Source of the DNA: Patescibacteria group bacterium
GTDB lineage: Bacteria; Patescibacteriota; Microgenomatia; UBA8517
Assembly: GCA_041742135.1 (NCBI GenBank)
Contig: JBGSJG010000008.1
Coordinates: 32,518-96,517, forward strand
Length of the DNA stretch: 64,000 bases
Direction: 5' to 3'
Part shown: positions 27,045 through 35,748 of the stretch, one piece after another
Numbering within the stretch: the first letter of the stretch is position 1
How the letters are laid out: each line of letters begins with the position of its first letter
Program-made: the position numbers and the translations under genes
The notes under the pieces: generated by a model
Databases searched by the model: none
Seen by the model: only the letters and a program-made list of their open reading frames with translations
Told to the model about the DNA's origin: nothing

Positions 27045-28052
27045 ATGAATTACACAGAATCTGTCGCCATAAAGCAAAAAATTGATTCTTCAGAGCGGAT
27101 TTTAGTCAACTGCCACCACAATCCGGATGCGGATTCTGTGGGAAGTGCCTTGGCTATGGCTCGGCTTTTGCGTTTTTGGAAAAAAGATGTAAGGATAATT
27201 TGCCCGACAGAAGTTCCCTCGAATCTACAATTTTTACTTGGAGAAGAAAAAATTGAGACCGTAGATTTCTCGAGTTTTGAATTTGGAAGTTATGATCTTT
27301 TTATCGCGCTTGATTCGTCAAGCTGGAGCAGAGTCGCTGGATCACAGGATGTTTTAAAGCCAGATATTCCCTTTGTCGTGATTGATCACCACAAGTCCAA
27401 TAAACGCTTTGGTGAAATAAGTCTGATTGTTCCCGAGGCTGCTGCCAATTGTGAAGTTTTGTATTATCTTTTTTCAGACTGGGGAGTGTCCCCTGATGTG
27501 GAGAGAGATTTTCCTGACATCCACACGCCTTTACTGACTGGAATAATCGGAGACACTGGAGCTTTCCGCTTTCCAGAAGCAGACACGGCAACTTTCGCTG
27601 TTGCAAGTGAGCTCATGAAGTTGGCGAATAAAGACAAAATAATATTTAATTTGTATCAATCATACGGCGAAAATCATGTTATGGTTTGGCGCGCCCTTTT
27701 AGATAATTTGCGAGTAGATCACGAGCATAAGTTTGTTTATTCATTTATCCCTAAAGAAATTCTGGAAAAAAATGGAAAGCCCGCAAACGCCAAAAGCGAG
27801 CTGGCTGATATGTTGTTTCAAAGTATTGAAGGAACAGATTTTGGGCTTGTGGGAGCGGAGGATAATGGTTATATCTCTGTAAGTTTCAGAAGCCGTACGG
27901 GAGTAGATGTTTCCAAAATTGCTGAGAGTCTCGGTGGTGGGGGGCACGCATGGGCTTCGGCGGCTCGAGTTTATGATGTAAACTATGATAATGCAGTACA
28001 AACGATTTTGGACCACGCTCGCGAGTTTGCGAAAAAGCTTCAAAAAGCATAG
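27045..28052 (+). CDS. DHH/DHHA1 phosphoesterase (NrnA-like), copy 3
   Basis: VNCHHNPDADSVGS, VVIDHH, GIIGDTGAF, LGGGGHAWASAA. Confidence 0.75.
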   Translation: MNYTESVAIKQKIDSSERILVNCHHNPDADSVGSALAMARLLRFWKKDVRIICPTEVPSNLQFLLGEEKIETVDFSSFEFGSYDLFIALDSSSWSRVAGSQDVLKPDIPFVVIDHHKSNKRFGEISLIVPEAAANCEVLYYLFSDWGVSPDVERDFPDIHTPLLTGIIGDTGAFRFPEADTATFAVASELMKLANKDKIIFNLYQSYGENHVMVWRALLDNLRVDHEHKFVYSFIPKEILEKNGKPANAKSELADMLFQSIEGTDFGLVGAEDNGYISVSFRSRTGVDVSKIAESLGGGGHAWASAARVYDVNYDNAVQTILDHAREFAKKLQKA

Positions 28053-29511
28053 GACTTACTACTTGTTGTTAATTGTAATTTTATTTATCGCCCTATTTTT
28101 ACGTGTATATAGGGCAGGGGAGGTGCTGGGGTTTTATTTTGATCAAGGCCGCGACGCCCTTCACATCTGGGACCTAATCCACAAAGGAGACATATTTTTG
28201 ATTGGGCCCACGACCGGAATTGCTGGCATTTTTCGTGGCCCATTTTATTATTACCTCATTACTCCTTTTTACTTTTTGTCAGGCGGAAACCCAACTCTTC
28301 CAGCTAATTTTCTGGCCTTAACTTCAGTATTAGGACTCGCCGTAATGGGCTATTTGGCTACAAAAGTTCATTCAAAAGAATCTGCTTTCTTTGGCTTAGT
28401 TTTAGCTACATTTTCTTTTGGTCTAATTTTTGATTCTCGTTGGCTTTCAAACCCAACTCCCATGCTTTTGATTTCAATGCTTTTCCTCGCATGCATTTTT
28501 GCCGCAATAGAATCTAAAAAATGGGCTTGGCCAGCAATCTCATTCTCGGCAGGTATTTCCCTTTTTCACTTCGGCAGTTCGGGCGAATTTTTCTATTTCC
28601 CTGCACTTTTAATATTCCTGATTTGGAAACGCAAAGATTTAAGTCCGAAAATTATAGCCCTATCGATATTTTTGTTTATTCTTTCCGCGTCGCCTTTGAT
28701 ACTTTTTGATCTTAAAAACAATTTCTTACTGACCAACAATATTAAAAGTTTTCTTTTTGAGCGGGAGAGCTTTAAAACCGATTTTTTTGTTATTTTGGCC
28801 GAAAGATTGGAGTTTTACAGGGCAACATTTTTGGGTAGAATATTTCCAAATCTCACCACAGCAGCCAACATATTTTTAGCTGTAATAATAATTAATTTGG
28901 TTGCTAAATTACCAAAACTTTTACATTCTAAATATTTTAAGGCTCTTGCAATCCTTTTTCTGTCTCCCCTGATTGGCCTTTTGTTTTTTCAAGGTAACGA
29001 AGGCAATGTTTATGGATATTACCTGACCGGTTACTTTTTGATTTTCTTTCTTTTAATGGGAATCTCCCTCGCGGAGCTCTGGAAAAGTGTTATCGGAAAA
29101 GTTTTTGTCTTGGTATTTTTGGGCTTTATGATTCAGGCAAACCTGCCTTTGGCTTTTTCTCGGATGAGCGATGGCGGCGATGGGCCTGACACGATTATCC
29201 TTCGAAACCAAACTAAGGCTATTGATTGGATTTATAAAGACGCTGCTGGGGTAGAATTTAATGTTGATGTTTACGTACCGCCCGTAATCCCTTATGCATA
29301 TGATTATCTTTTCACCTGGAAAGAAAGTTTACCTGAATATGGCGGGAAGGTGGAGAAGTTGACACCGCTTTTGTATACTTTATACGAGGTTGATCCGCCA
29401 CACCCAGAGCGTTTGGAAGCTTGGCTTAAAAGGCAAGCGGGGATTGGAGCAGTTGACAGTGAAGCAGAATTTGGAGGCATTACTGTCCAGAGACGGCATA
29501 GGCTCAACTAG
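27985..29511 (+). CDS. PMT/ArnT-like GT-C glycosyltransferase ('FLGDEGRD' subfamily paralog)
   Basis: LRVYRAGEVLGFYFDQGRDALHIWDLIHKGDIFLIGPTTGIAGIFRGPFYYY. Overlaps the upstream stop by 68 nt; the true start may be downstream at a non-ATG codon. Confidence 0.55.
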   Translation: MIMQYKRFWTTLASLRKSFKKHRTYYLLLIVILFIALFLRVYRAGEVLGFYFDQGRDALHIWDLIHKGDIFLIGPTTGIAGIFRGPFYYYLITPFYFLSGGNPTLPANFLALTSVLGLAVMGYLATKVHSKESAFFGLVLATFSFGLIFDSRWLSNPTPMLLISMLFLACIFAAIESKKWAWPAISFSAGISLFHFGSSGEFFYFPALLIFLIWKRKDLSPKIIALSIFLFILSASPLILFDLKNNFLLTNNIKSFLFERESFKTDFFVILAERLEFYRATFLGRIFPNLTTAANIFLAVIIINLVAKLPKLLHSKYFKALAILFLSPLIGLLFFQGNEGNVYGYYLTGYFLIFFLLMGISLAELWKSVIGKVFVLVFLGFMIQANLPLAFSRMSDGGDGPDTIILRNQTKAIDWIYKDAAGVEFNVDVYVPPVIPYAYDYLFTWKESLPEYGGKVEKLTPLLYTLYEVDPPHPERLEAWLKRQAGIGAVDSEAEFGGITVQRRHRLN

Positions 29512-29523
29512 GCTATACTACAA

Positions 29524-30249
29524 TTGCATATGTCAGTTTTTCTTTCGATCATTATTCCAGCCCACAACGAAGAGTTTAGGCTTCCTCCTGCGTTTAACAA
29601 AATTGATAGTTACCTTAAAAAACAGAAATATTCTTACGAGGTAATAGTCGTTGAAAATGGAAGCCGGGATAAGACTGTTGAGGTAACACGTGAGTTTGCC
29701 AAGACTCACCCATATGTAAAATTGATGATCGTCCGTACCCGAGGCAAAGGTCTTGCGGTCAAAGCTGGGATGCTTAAGGCCTCTGGTGAATATCGATTCA
29801 TTTGTGATTCTGACTTGTCCATGCCGATCGAAGAAATATCAAAGTTTCTGCCGCCAGAAACCAAAGGATTTGATGTAATGATAGGTGTGAGGGAGGGCAA
29901 GGGAGCCAAGCGCATTGGGGAGCCCTTAAAACGACATGTTATCGGAAGAATATTTAACTTCATAATTAAGCTTACAATATTGCCGGGATTTGAAGACACA
30001 CAGTGCGGCTTTAAGATGTTTAGTGGGGTAGCGGCAGATAAGTTGTTTAAAATCCAGAAAATCAACGGAATAGGTTTTGACATAGAGCTTATCTTTTTAG
30101 CGCAAAAATTAGGAATGAAGATTAAGGAGATCCCGATAATATGGTATTTTGATGCCGACAGTAGGATGAAGCTCATGAAAGACTCAATGCATGCGCTTTT
30201 GGAAATCTGGGAAATCAGAAAGAGCTGGTGGAGAGGGGAATATGTATAA
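29524..30249 (+). CDS. Polyprenyl-phosphate sugar synthase (ArnC/DPM1-like GT2)
   Basis: LSIIIPAHNEEFRL...VIVVENGSRDKT...FICDSDLSMP. TTG start. Confidence 0.7.
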   Translation: MHMSVFLSIIIPAHNEEFRLPPAFNKIDSYLKKQKYSYEVIVVENGSRDKTVEVTREFAKTHPYVKLMIVRTRGKGLAVKAGMLKASGEYRFICDSDLSMPIEEISKFLPPETKGFDVMIGVREGKGAKRIGEPLKRHVIGRIFNFIIKLTILPGFEDTQCGFKMFSGVAADKLFKIQKINGIGFDIELIFLAQKLGMKIKEIPIIWYFDADSRMKLMKDSMHALLEIWEIRKSWWRGEYV

Positions 30250-31762
30250 AAAGTGGAAGTTCACAATTTTGGGCCTTCTAATTATTCTTGGAGCCGCGCT
30301 TTTTATACGCATTTACAGGCTGGATTTGATACCAGTTTTTGTTGATGAAGCAATTTACATTCGCTGGGCACAGGTCATGAGAGCCGAGTCGACTCTTCGT
30401 TTTTTGCCGTTATCTGACGGCAAGCAGCCTTTGTTTATGTGGGCCGTGATGCCAGCCCTTAAGGTGATTGCGGATCCTTTAATTGCCGGCAGGGTAGTGT
30501 CTGTGGCGACTGGGCTGGGAACTACGATTGGAGTATTTGCCCTAAGCTACACACTATTCAAGTCGAGAAAAGCTGCGCTTTTTGCCTCACTCCTCTACGG
30601 CCTCTCCCCTTTCGCGGTTTTTTTCGATCGCATGGCTTTGGTTGACTCAATGCTTGCCTTTTTTGGTGTATGGACTTTGACCTTTTCTGTTTTAGCCGTA
30701 AAAAACCTAAGGCTTGATTTGGCTATGATTGCTGGATTTTTTATGGGCGGCGCATGGCTGACCAAATCCCCCGCCTTGTTTTTTTGGTTGATGCTTCCGG
30801 CAAGCTTGCTATTTATCCCTCAAAGCCGCAAAAAAAGTAAATTAATTACTTTGATACACGCAGGAATGCTCTTGGGAGTTGTTCTACTCATTTCATATGC
30901 AATGTATAACGTTCTAAGACTTGGGCCGAATTTTCACCTTATCGGCTCCAGAAACTTGGATTATGTTCACCCTTACACACATATTTTGCAAAGCCCGCTG
31001 GATCCGTTCTTGCCGCACATTGACCGTGCTCTTGAGTGGTTTGAAACAATGGGCCCTAGCGCCGTGATCTTATTAGTTTTGGGAGCCATAGTCGCCAACT
31101 TTCAGAGGTTTAAAAAAGAGATCATTATACTTTTGATTTGGGGGATGTTGCCAGTTGTTATTGAGGCGGAATTTAGCCGTGTCTTTACTTCACGATATAT
31201 TTTCTTTGTCCTCCCGCCAATTTTTGTATTGGCCGGATCAATTATTAAGAAGTACAAATTCCCCCCATTTGTGTACGTATCATATGGATTGGTATTTTTA
31301 TTTTTAGCTCAAGCTCTATTGTTTTACTTGCCTTTTTTCCATAAACCAGAAGAATCAATGATGCCTGAACGAGATGGCTATCTGTCCGACTGGACGGGTG
31401 GATACGGAATCCGCGAGGCTGCTGGTATTATTACGCAAAAAAGGAACGCCAACCAAGACAAGGAAATTGTCGTGGGGACCGAAGGCTATTTTGGCACCCT
31501 TCCTGACGGCCTTCAGATTTATTTGGAGAAGGAGCCAAATATTACAGTCATCGGAGTTGGTATTGATTTGTTGGAAGTGCCCGAAAGCTTAACAAGCTCG
31601 GCCGCGGCAGGGAACATCACATATTTATTGGCAAACCGCTCAAGGCTTCGTTTTGGTGAGCCTTTCGATCAATATGGCCTAAGAAAAGTGGCGGCTTTTG
31701 AAAAACCAACCCAAAAAGATGGCACGCACGACACGATGTATCTCTTGGAGGTCCTTCCATGA
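30242..31762 (+). CDS. PMT/ArnT-like GT-C glycosyltransferase
   Basis: FIRIYRLDLIPVFVDEAIYIRWAQV (DE motif in the first loop), with more than 10 TM helices. Start taken at ATG 30242 (8-nt overlap with the upstream stop at 30249). Confidence 0.6.
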   Translation: MYKKWKFTILGLLIILGAALFIRIYRLDLIPVFVDEAIYIRWAQVMRAESTLRFLPLSDGKQPLFMWAVMPALKVIADPLIAGRVVSVATGLGTTIGVFALSYTLFKSRKAALFASLLYGLSPFAVFFDRMALVDSMLAFFGVWTLTFSVLAVKNLRLDLAMIAGFFMGGAWLTKSPALFFWLMLPASLLFIPQSRKKSKLITLIHAGMLLGVVLLISYAMYNVLRLGPNFHLIGSRNLDYVHPYTHILQSPLDPFLPHIDRALEWFETMGPSAVILLVLGAIVANFQRFKKEIIILLIWGMLPVVIEAEFSRVFTSRYIFFVLPPIFVLAGSIIKKYKFPPFVYVSYGLVFLFLAQALLFYLPFFHKPEESMMPERDGYLSDWTGGYGIREAAGIITQKRNANQDKEIVVGTEGYFGTLPDGLQIYLEKEPNITVIGVGIDLLEVPESLTSSAAAGNITYLLANRSRLRFGEPFDQYGLRKVAAFEKPTQKDGTHDTMYLLEVLP

Positions 31763-32478
31763 GTATTTATTTGTCTTTGGTAATTCCTGTTTTTAACGAA
31801 GAGGAAATAATCAAAAAAAATCTTGATGTGGTTACAAGGTTTTTAAAAAAGTTAGGTAAGAGCTATGAAATTATTGTTGTTGATGATGGCTCAAGCGACA
31901 GCACTGTGAAAATTGTAGAAGGCATCGAAGACAAGAACGTTAAATTGATCATGCTTCGCCAGAATCGTGGGAAAGGAGCGGCGCTTCGCGCGGGGGTTGC
32001 CAAAGCCTCAGGAAAATACATCCTATTTTCTGACGCGGACTTGTCCGTGCCTATCGAGTTTTTGGATGAGATAATTAAAAAGCTTCAGATGCACGAAGTA
32101 GCTGTGGCTTCAAGAAGGGTTCAGGGGGCCGTGATTAAAACGCATCAGCCTCCACTGCGAGAACTTATGGGCAGGGTCTTTACAAAGTTAACTCAACTTC
32201 TCATCCAAAGCGGCATCGCCGATTTTACCTGCGGTTTTAAAGGCTTTACCTATGAATCAGGCAAAAAACTATTTTCTCAAAGCCGTATTGATCGCTGGGC
32301 TTATGATGCAGAGATCATATTTTTAGCTCACAAATACGGATACAAAATTGCGCAAGTGCCTGTAGTTTGGGAGAACAGAGTTGACACAAGAGTCAAGATG
32401 GGGCGTGCTGCAGTGGAGTCTTTTTTTGATGTTTTGCGGGTACGTGTGTGGGAGCTAATGGGTAAATATGAAAGTTAA
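31759..32478 (+). CDS. Polyprenyl-phosphate sugar synthase (ArnC/DPM1/CsbB-like GT2)
   Basis: LSLVIPVFNEEEII...IIVVDDGSSDST...FSDADLSVP. Confidence 0.75.
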   Translation: MSIYLSLVIPVFNEEEIIKKNLDVVTRFLKKLGKSYEIIVVDDGSSDSTVKIVEGIEDKNVKLIMLRQNRGKGAALRAGVAKASGKYILFSDADLSVPIEFLDEIIKKLQMHEVAVASRRVQGAVIKTHQPPLRELMGRVFTKLTQLLIQSGIADFTCGFKGFTYESGKKLFSQSRIDRWAYDAEIIFLAHKYGYKIAQVPVVWENRVDTRVKMGRAAVESFFDVLRVRVWELMGKYES

Positions 32479-34093
32479 GCTGCTTCTTTTATTGGCCTTA
32501 ATACCAACTTTCTGGGCGCTTACTCGTCCTGGGTATTTTCCAATGCACGACGACATTCAAGGTATGCGTGTGCTTCAAATGCATAAGTGCGTATTGGATT
32601 TTCAACTTCCTTGCAGGTGGGTGCCTGACATGGGTTACGGATACGGTTATCCTCAATTTAATTACTATGCTCCACTGCCGTACTATTTTATGGAAGGCTT
32701 TGTCATCGCGGGGAATCCGATTTTAGACACCGTAAAAGTTGGCTTTGCGGCGAGCTTGATTCTTTCCGCTTACTCAATGTACCTCCTGGCAAGTTACGTA
32801 TGGGGTAAAAAGGGTGGTTTTATTAGTGCGATATTTTATTCTTACGCACCTTATCGAGCTGTAGATATTTACGTTCGCGGGGCAATGGGGGAGGCGTGGG
32901 CGTTTGTGTTTTTGCCACTCGTGCTTCTTTTTTCTCTGAGAATCCTGGATGGGAAGAAAGCCGTTTTACCCTTTGCCCTAAGTGTCGCCGGGTTACTTTT
33001 ATCGCATAATATATCGATTGTTATGTTTGCGCCGTTTTGCGTTCTGTTTGTTTTCACTCTCAGGCGCTTCAACATAGACAGTCTCAAGCGTCTTTCTGTT
33101 GGAGCTTTTTGGGGACTGTCGTTGTCTGCCTTTTTTGTATTTCCAGCATTCCTTGAGAAAAACTTAGTTCATGTGGATACTATCCTTGCAGGATACTTTA
33201 ATTTTTTGGCTCATTTTGTTGGGATCCGGCAGTTACTTTTTTCAACGCATTGGGGATATGGAAGCTCGTCACTTGGCCCTTTGGATGGAATGAGCTTAAG
33301 CGTTGGTCTTTGGCACTGGGCCGTGCCGGCACTTTCACTGTTAGTTTTATTGCTACTAAAAAAATACAGTGAACTTAGGTTGGCTTTAATTTTTGTAATA
33401 TTCGGCGGATTAGCACTTCTCCTGATTCACCCAAGATCGCAAATTATTTGGAATAATCTGGATATTCTCTCGTTCGTTCAGTTCCCTTGGCGCTTTTTAA
33501 TGGTTGCTGTTTTGTTTTTCTCATTAGCGGCTGGCTCTGTCGGGGTTCTTCTTGCTCGCTACTCCAAATTAATTATTCTAAGTTTACTTTTTCTTTTGAT
33601 TCTTTTTAACGCAAGCTACTTTTTCCCAAAGGCCTATGTTGATATCGACGATCGCGCAAGATTCAGTGGAAACAACTGGATGCTTCAGCAAACAATAAGT
33701 ATCTTTGATTATCTACCTAAATCTGCAAAATTTCCGCCATCAAGTGAAGCACCTGATAAGCCATTCGCCACTGAGGGTGAAGTAACTATTGTTGATGGCT
33801 TGAAGGGCACCAATTGGCAAAGGTGGAATGTTATTGTTCATAGCGGCGAAAGTGAAATCGCTTTTCCTCTTTACAACTTCCCCACTTGGGAGGCTAAAAT
33901 CGATGGAAAGAAGGCAGAGGTTTTTGAGAGTGGGGACCTGGGGCTGGTAACCCTTGAGGTTTCCAATGGTGTTCACGAAGTAAGTCTTGTTCTTCGAGAT
34001 ACTCTCGTGCGCACAAGTGCAAATGTTGCGACTATCTTAGCCCTTCTTGCAATACCTGTCGTGCTTTATAACAATAAAAAGAAGCTATGGTAA
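32468..34093 (+). CDS. GT-C-like membrane glycosyltransferase, 'YFPMHDD' family (YfhO-like?), paralog 1
   Basis: YFPMHDDIQGMRVL...CRWVPDMGYGYGYPQFNYYAPLPYY and YRAVDIYVRGAMGEAWA. About 12 TM helices, a beta-rich soluble C-terminal domain and a terminal TM. Confidence 0.5.
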   Translation: MKVKLLLLLALIPTFWALTRPGYFPMHDDIQGMRVLQMHKCVLDFQLPCRWVPDMGYGYGYPQFNYYAPLPYYFMEGFVIAGNPILDTVKVGFAASLILSAYSMYLLASYVWGKKGGFISAIFYSYAPYRAVDIYVRGAMGEAWAFVFLPLVLLFSLRILDGKKAVLPFALSVAGLLLSHNISIVMFAPFCVLFVFTLRRFNIDSLKRLSVGAFWGLSLSAFFVFPAFLEKNLVHVDTILAGYFNFLAHFVGIRQLLFSTHWGYGSSSLGPLDGMSLSVGLWHWAVPALSLLVLLLLKKYSELRLALIFVIFGGLALLLIHPRSQIIWNNLDILSFVQFPWRFLMVAVLFFSLAAGSVGVLLARYSKLIILSLLFLLILFNASYFFPKAYVDIDDRARFSGNNWMLQQTISIFDYLPKSAKFPPSSEAPDKPFATEGEVTIVDGLKGTNWQRWNVIVHSGESEIAFPLYNFPTWEAKIDGKKAEVFESGDLGLVTLEVSNGVHEVSLVLRDTLVRTSANVATILALLAIPVVLYNNKKKLW

Positions 34094-35748
34094 TAGTAGT
34101 TATTTTAATATCACTTTTGACAGTTTTGCCGCTCTTGGCATCTGGGTATTTTCCAATGCACGATGACCTTCAGGTTATGCGGCTTTTCGAACTTGAAAAG
34201 TGCTTTTCGGTTGGTGATATCCCGTGCAGATGGGCTAGTGACATGGCTGGGGGTTACGGTCAAGCAATGTTTAATTTTTATAGTGCCTTTCCGTATTACC
34301 TGGGGCACCTGATCCGTTTGGTTTCTCCGTTTTCAATTATTGATACTGTAAAAATATTATTTGCCATAAGTTTAATAGCTTCAGGGGTAGGAATGTACTT
34401 TTTAGCTCGCGAGTTTTTTGGCAAAGCCGGGGGGTTTATCGCCTCGGTATTTTATGTTTTCGCGCCTTACCGCGCTTTAAACGTTTATGTTCGAGGAGCG
34501 ATGGCTGAAGCTTTTTCGCTGGCAATTCTGCCGTTTTTGTGGCTCGCTGTCTATAAAGTAATCAAAAAACCTACCTTCTTAAACGTGGTTTTTTTGGCCA
34601 TTATCACGGCATTACAGCTCACTACTCACAACATATCGACTATGATTTACGCAATTCCGACAGGGATTTGGATAATCTATCTGTTAATTCGTGAATTTTC
34701 TGCAAGGAGACTATTTGCAATTGTCCTTGGTGGCATTTTAGGTTTTGGTCTGGCTGGCTTTTTTATCCTCCCGGTTTTATTTGAAAAATCCTTAACGCAA
34801 GAGTCTGTTTTTACATCTAACTACTCGCATTACATTGCGCACTACGTTTCGCTGTATCAGGTTTTCACGAGCCGTTTCTGGGGTTATGGAGGGTCAATTT
34901 TTGGCGAAAATGATCATATGGCATTTCAACTTGGCTGGCCACACTGGTGGGTCGCGGCTTTCGTTGCTCTATTTTCGATAGTTCAATCGATTAAAGCGAG
35001 AAGTTTTAAATTTATTCTGCCATTAGCACTTGTGGCCTTGGCTCTTTTTGTAGTTTTCCTGACTCATTCCCGAAGCACTTTTATTTGGTTAGCTGTTCCC
35101 TCTATGGCTTTTATTCAGTTTCCGTGGCGGCTTTTGGGTCTTGCAGTGTTTTTGATTTCTTTTGCAATAGGGGCAGTGAACTGGATCAAGAACACGAGAT
35201 TGAAACAATCAATTTTAGTGCTCGGAGTTTTTCTGGCGGTAAGCCTGAACATCCAGTACTTTAAGCCAGAGATGCATTTTTACGGGGAAACTGACTCAAC
35301 TAAACTGTCGGGAGAGCTTTTTATAACTCAGCAGAAAGCAGCACTTCTTGATTATCTGCCTCTAACTGTGACCGATCCACCGTTGGATTTGGCTCCAGAT
35401 CAACCAGAAATTGTTGAGGGCAGTGGGGAAGTAGCTAACTTCAGTTACAAGGCGGGCACATTCTTTTTTGATCTTAAGGCAATGGAAGACTCCACGGTAA
35501 ATGTTCCAATTATTTACTTTCCTGGATGGAAAGCGTATTTGATTTACGGGCAAGGCGAGGAGTTGCCAATTGCTCCAAGCGACAAGACGGGATTGATTCA
35601 GCTCAAAGTCGAAAAAGGTGAGCACATGATTGAGGGAAGATTTGAAAATACTCCGATTCGCAACTTGGGGAATTTTGTAAGTATTTTGGCTTTTTTGGTG
35701 ATTTTGGGTGGCGTGCTTGTGGTAATTAATAAAAATGAAACTGCATAA
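34087..35748 (+). CDS. GT-C-like membrane glycosyltransferase, 'YFPMHDD' family, paralog 2
   Basis: YFPMHDDLQVMRLF...CRWASDMAGGYGQAMFNFYSAFPYY and YRALNVYVRGAMAEAF. Same architecture as paralog 1. Confidence 0.5.
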   Translation: MVIVVILISLLTVLPLLASGYFPMHDDLQVMRLFELEKCFSVGDIPCRWASDMAGGYGQAMFNFYSAFPYYLGHLIRLVSPFSIIDTVKILFAISLIASGVGMYFLAREFFGKAGGFIASVFYVFAPYRALNVYVRGAMAEAFSLAILPFLWLAVYKVIKKPTFLNVVFLAIITALQLTTHNISTMIYAIPTGIWIIYLLIREFSARRLFAIVLGGILGFGLAGFFILPVLFEKSLTQESVFTSNYSHYIAHYVSLYQVFTSRFWGYGGSIFGENDHMAFQLGWPHWWVAAFVALFSIVQSIKARSFKFILPLALVALALFVVFLTHSRSTFIWLAVPSMAFIQFPWRLLGLAVFLISFAIGAVNWIKNTRLKQSILVLGVFLAVSLNIQYFKPEMHFYGETDSTKLSGELFITQQKAALLDYLPLTVTDPPLDLAPDQPEIVEGSGEVANFSYKAGTFFFDLKAMEDSTVNVPIIYFPGWKAYLIYGQGEELPIAPSDKTGLIQLKVEKGEHMIEGRFENTPIRNLGNFVSILAFLVILGGVLVVINKNETA

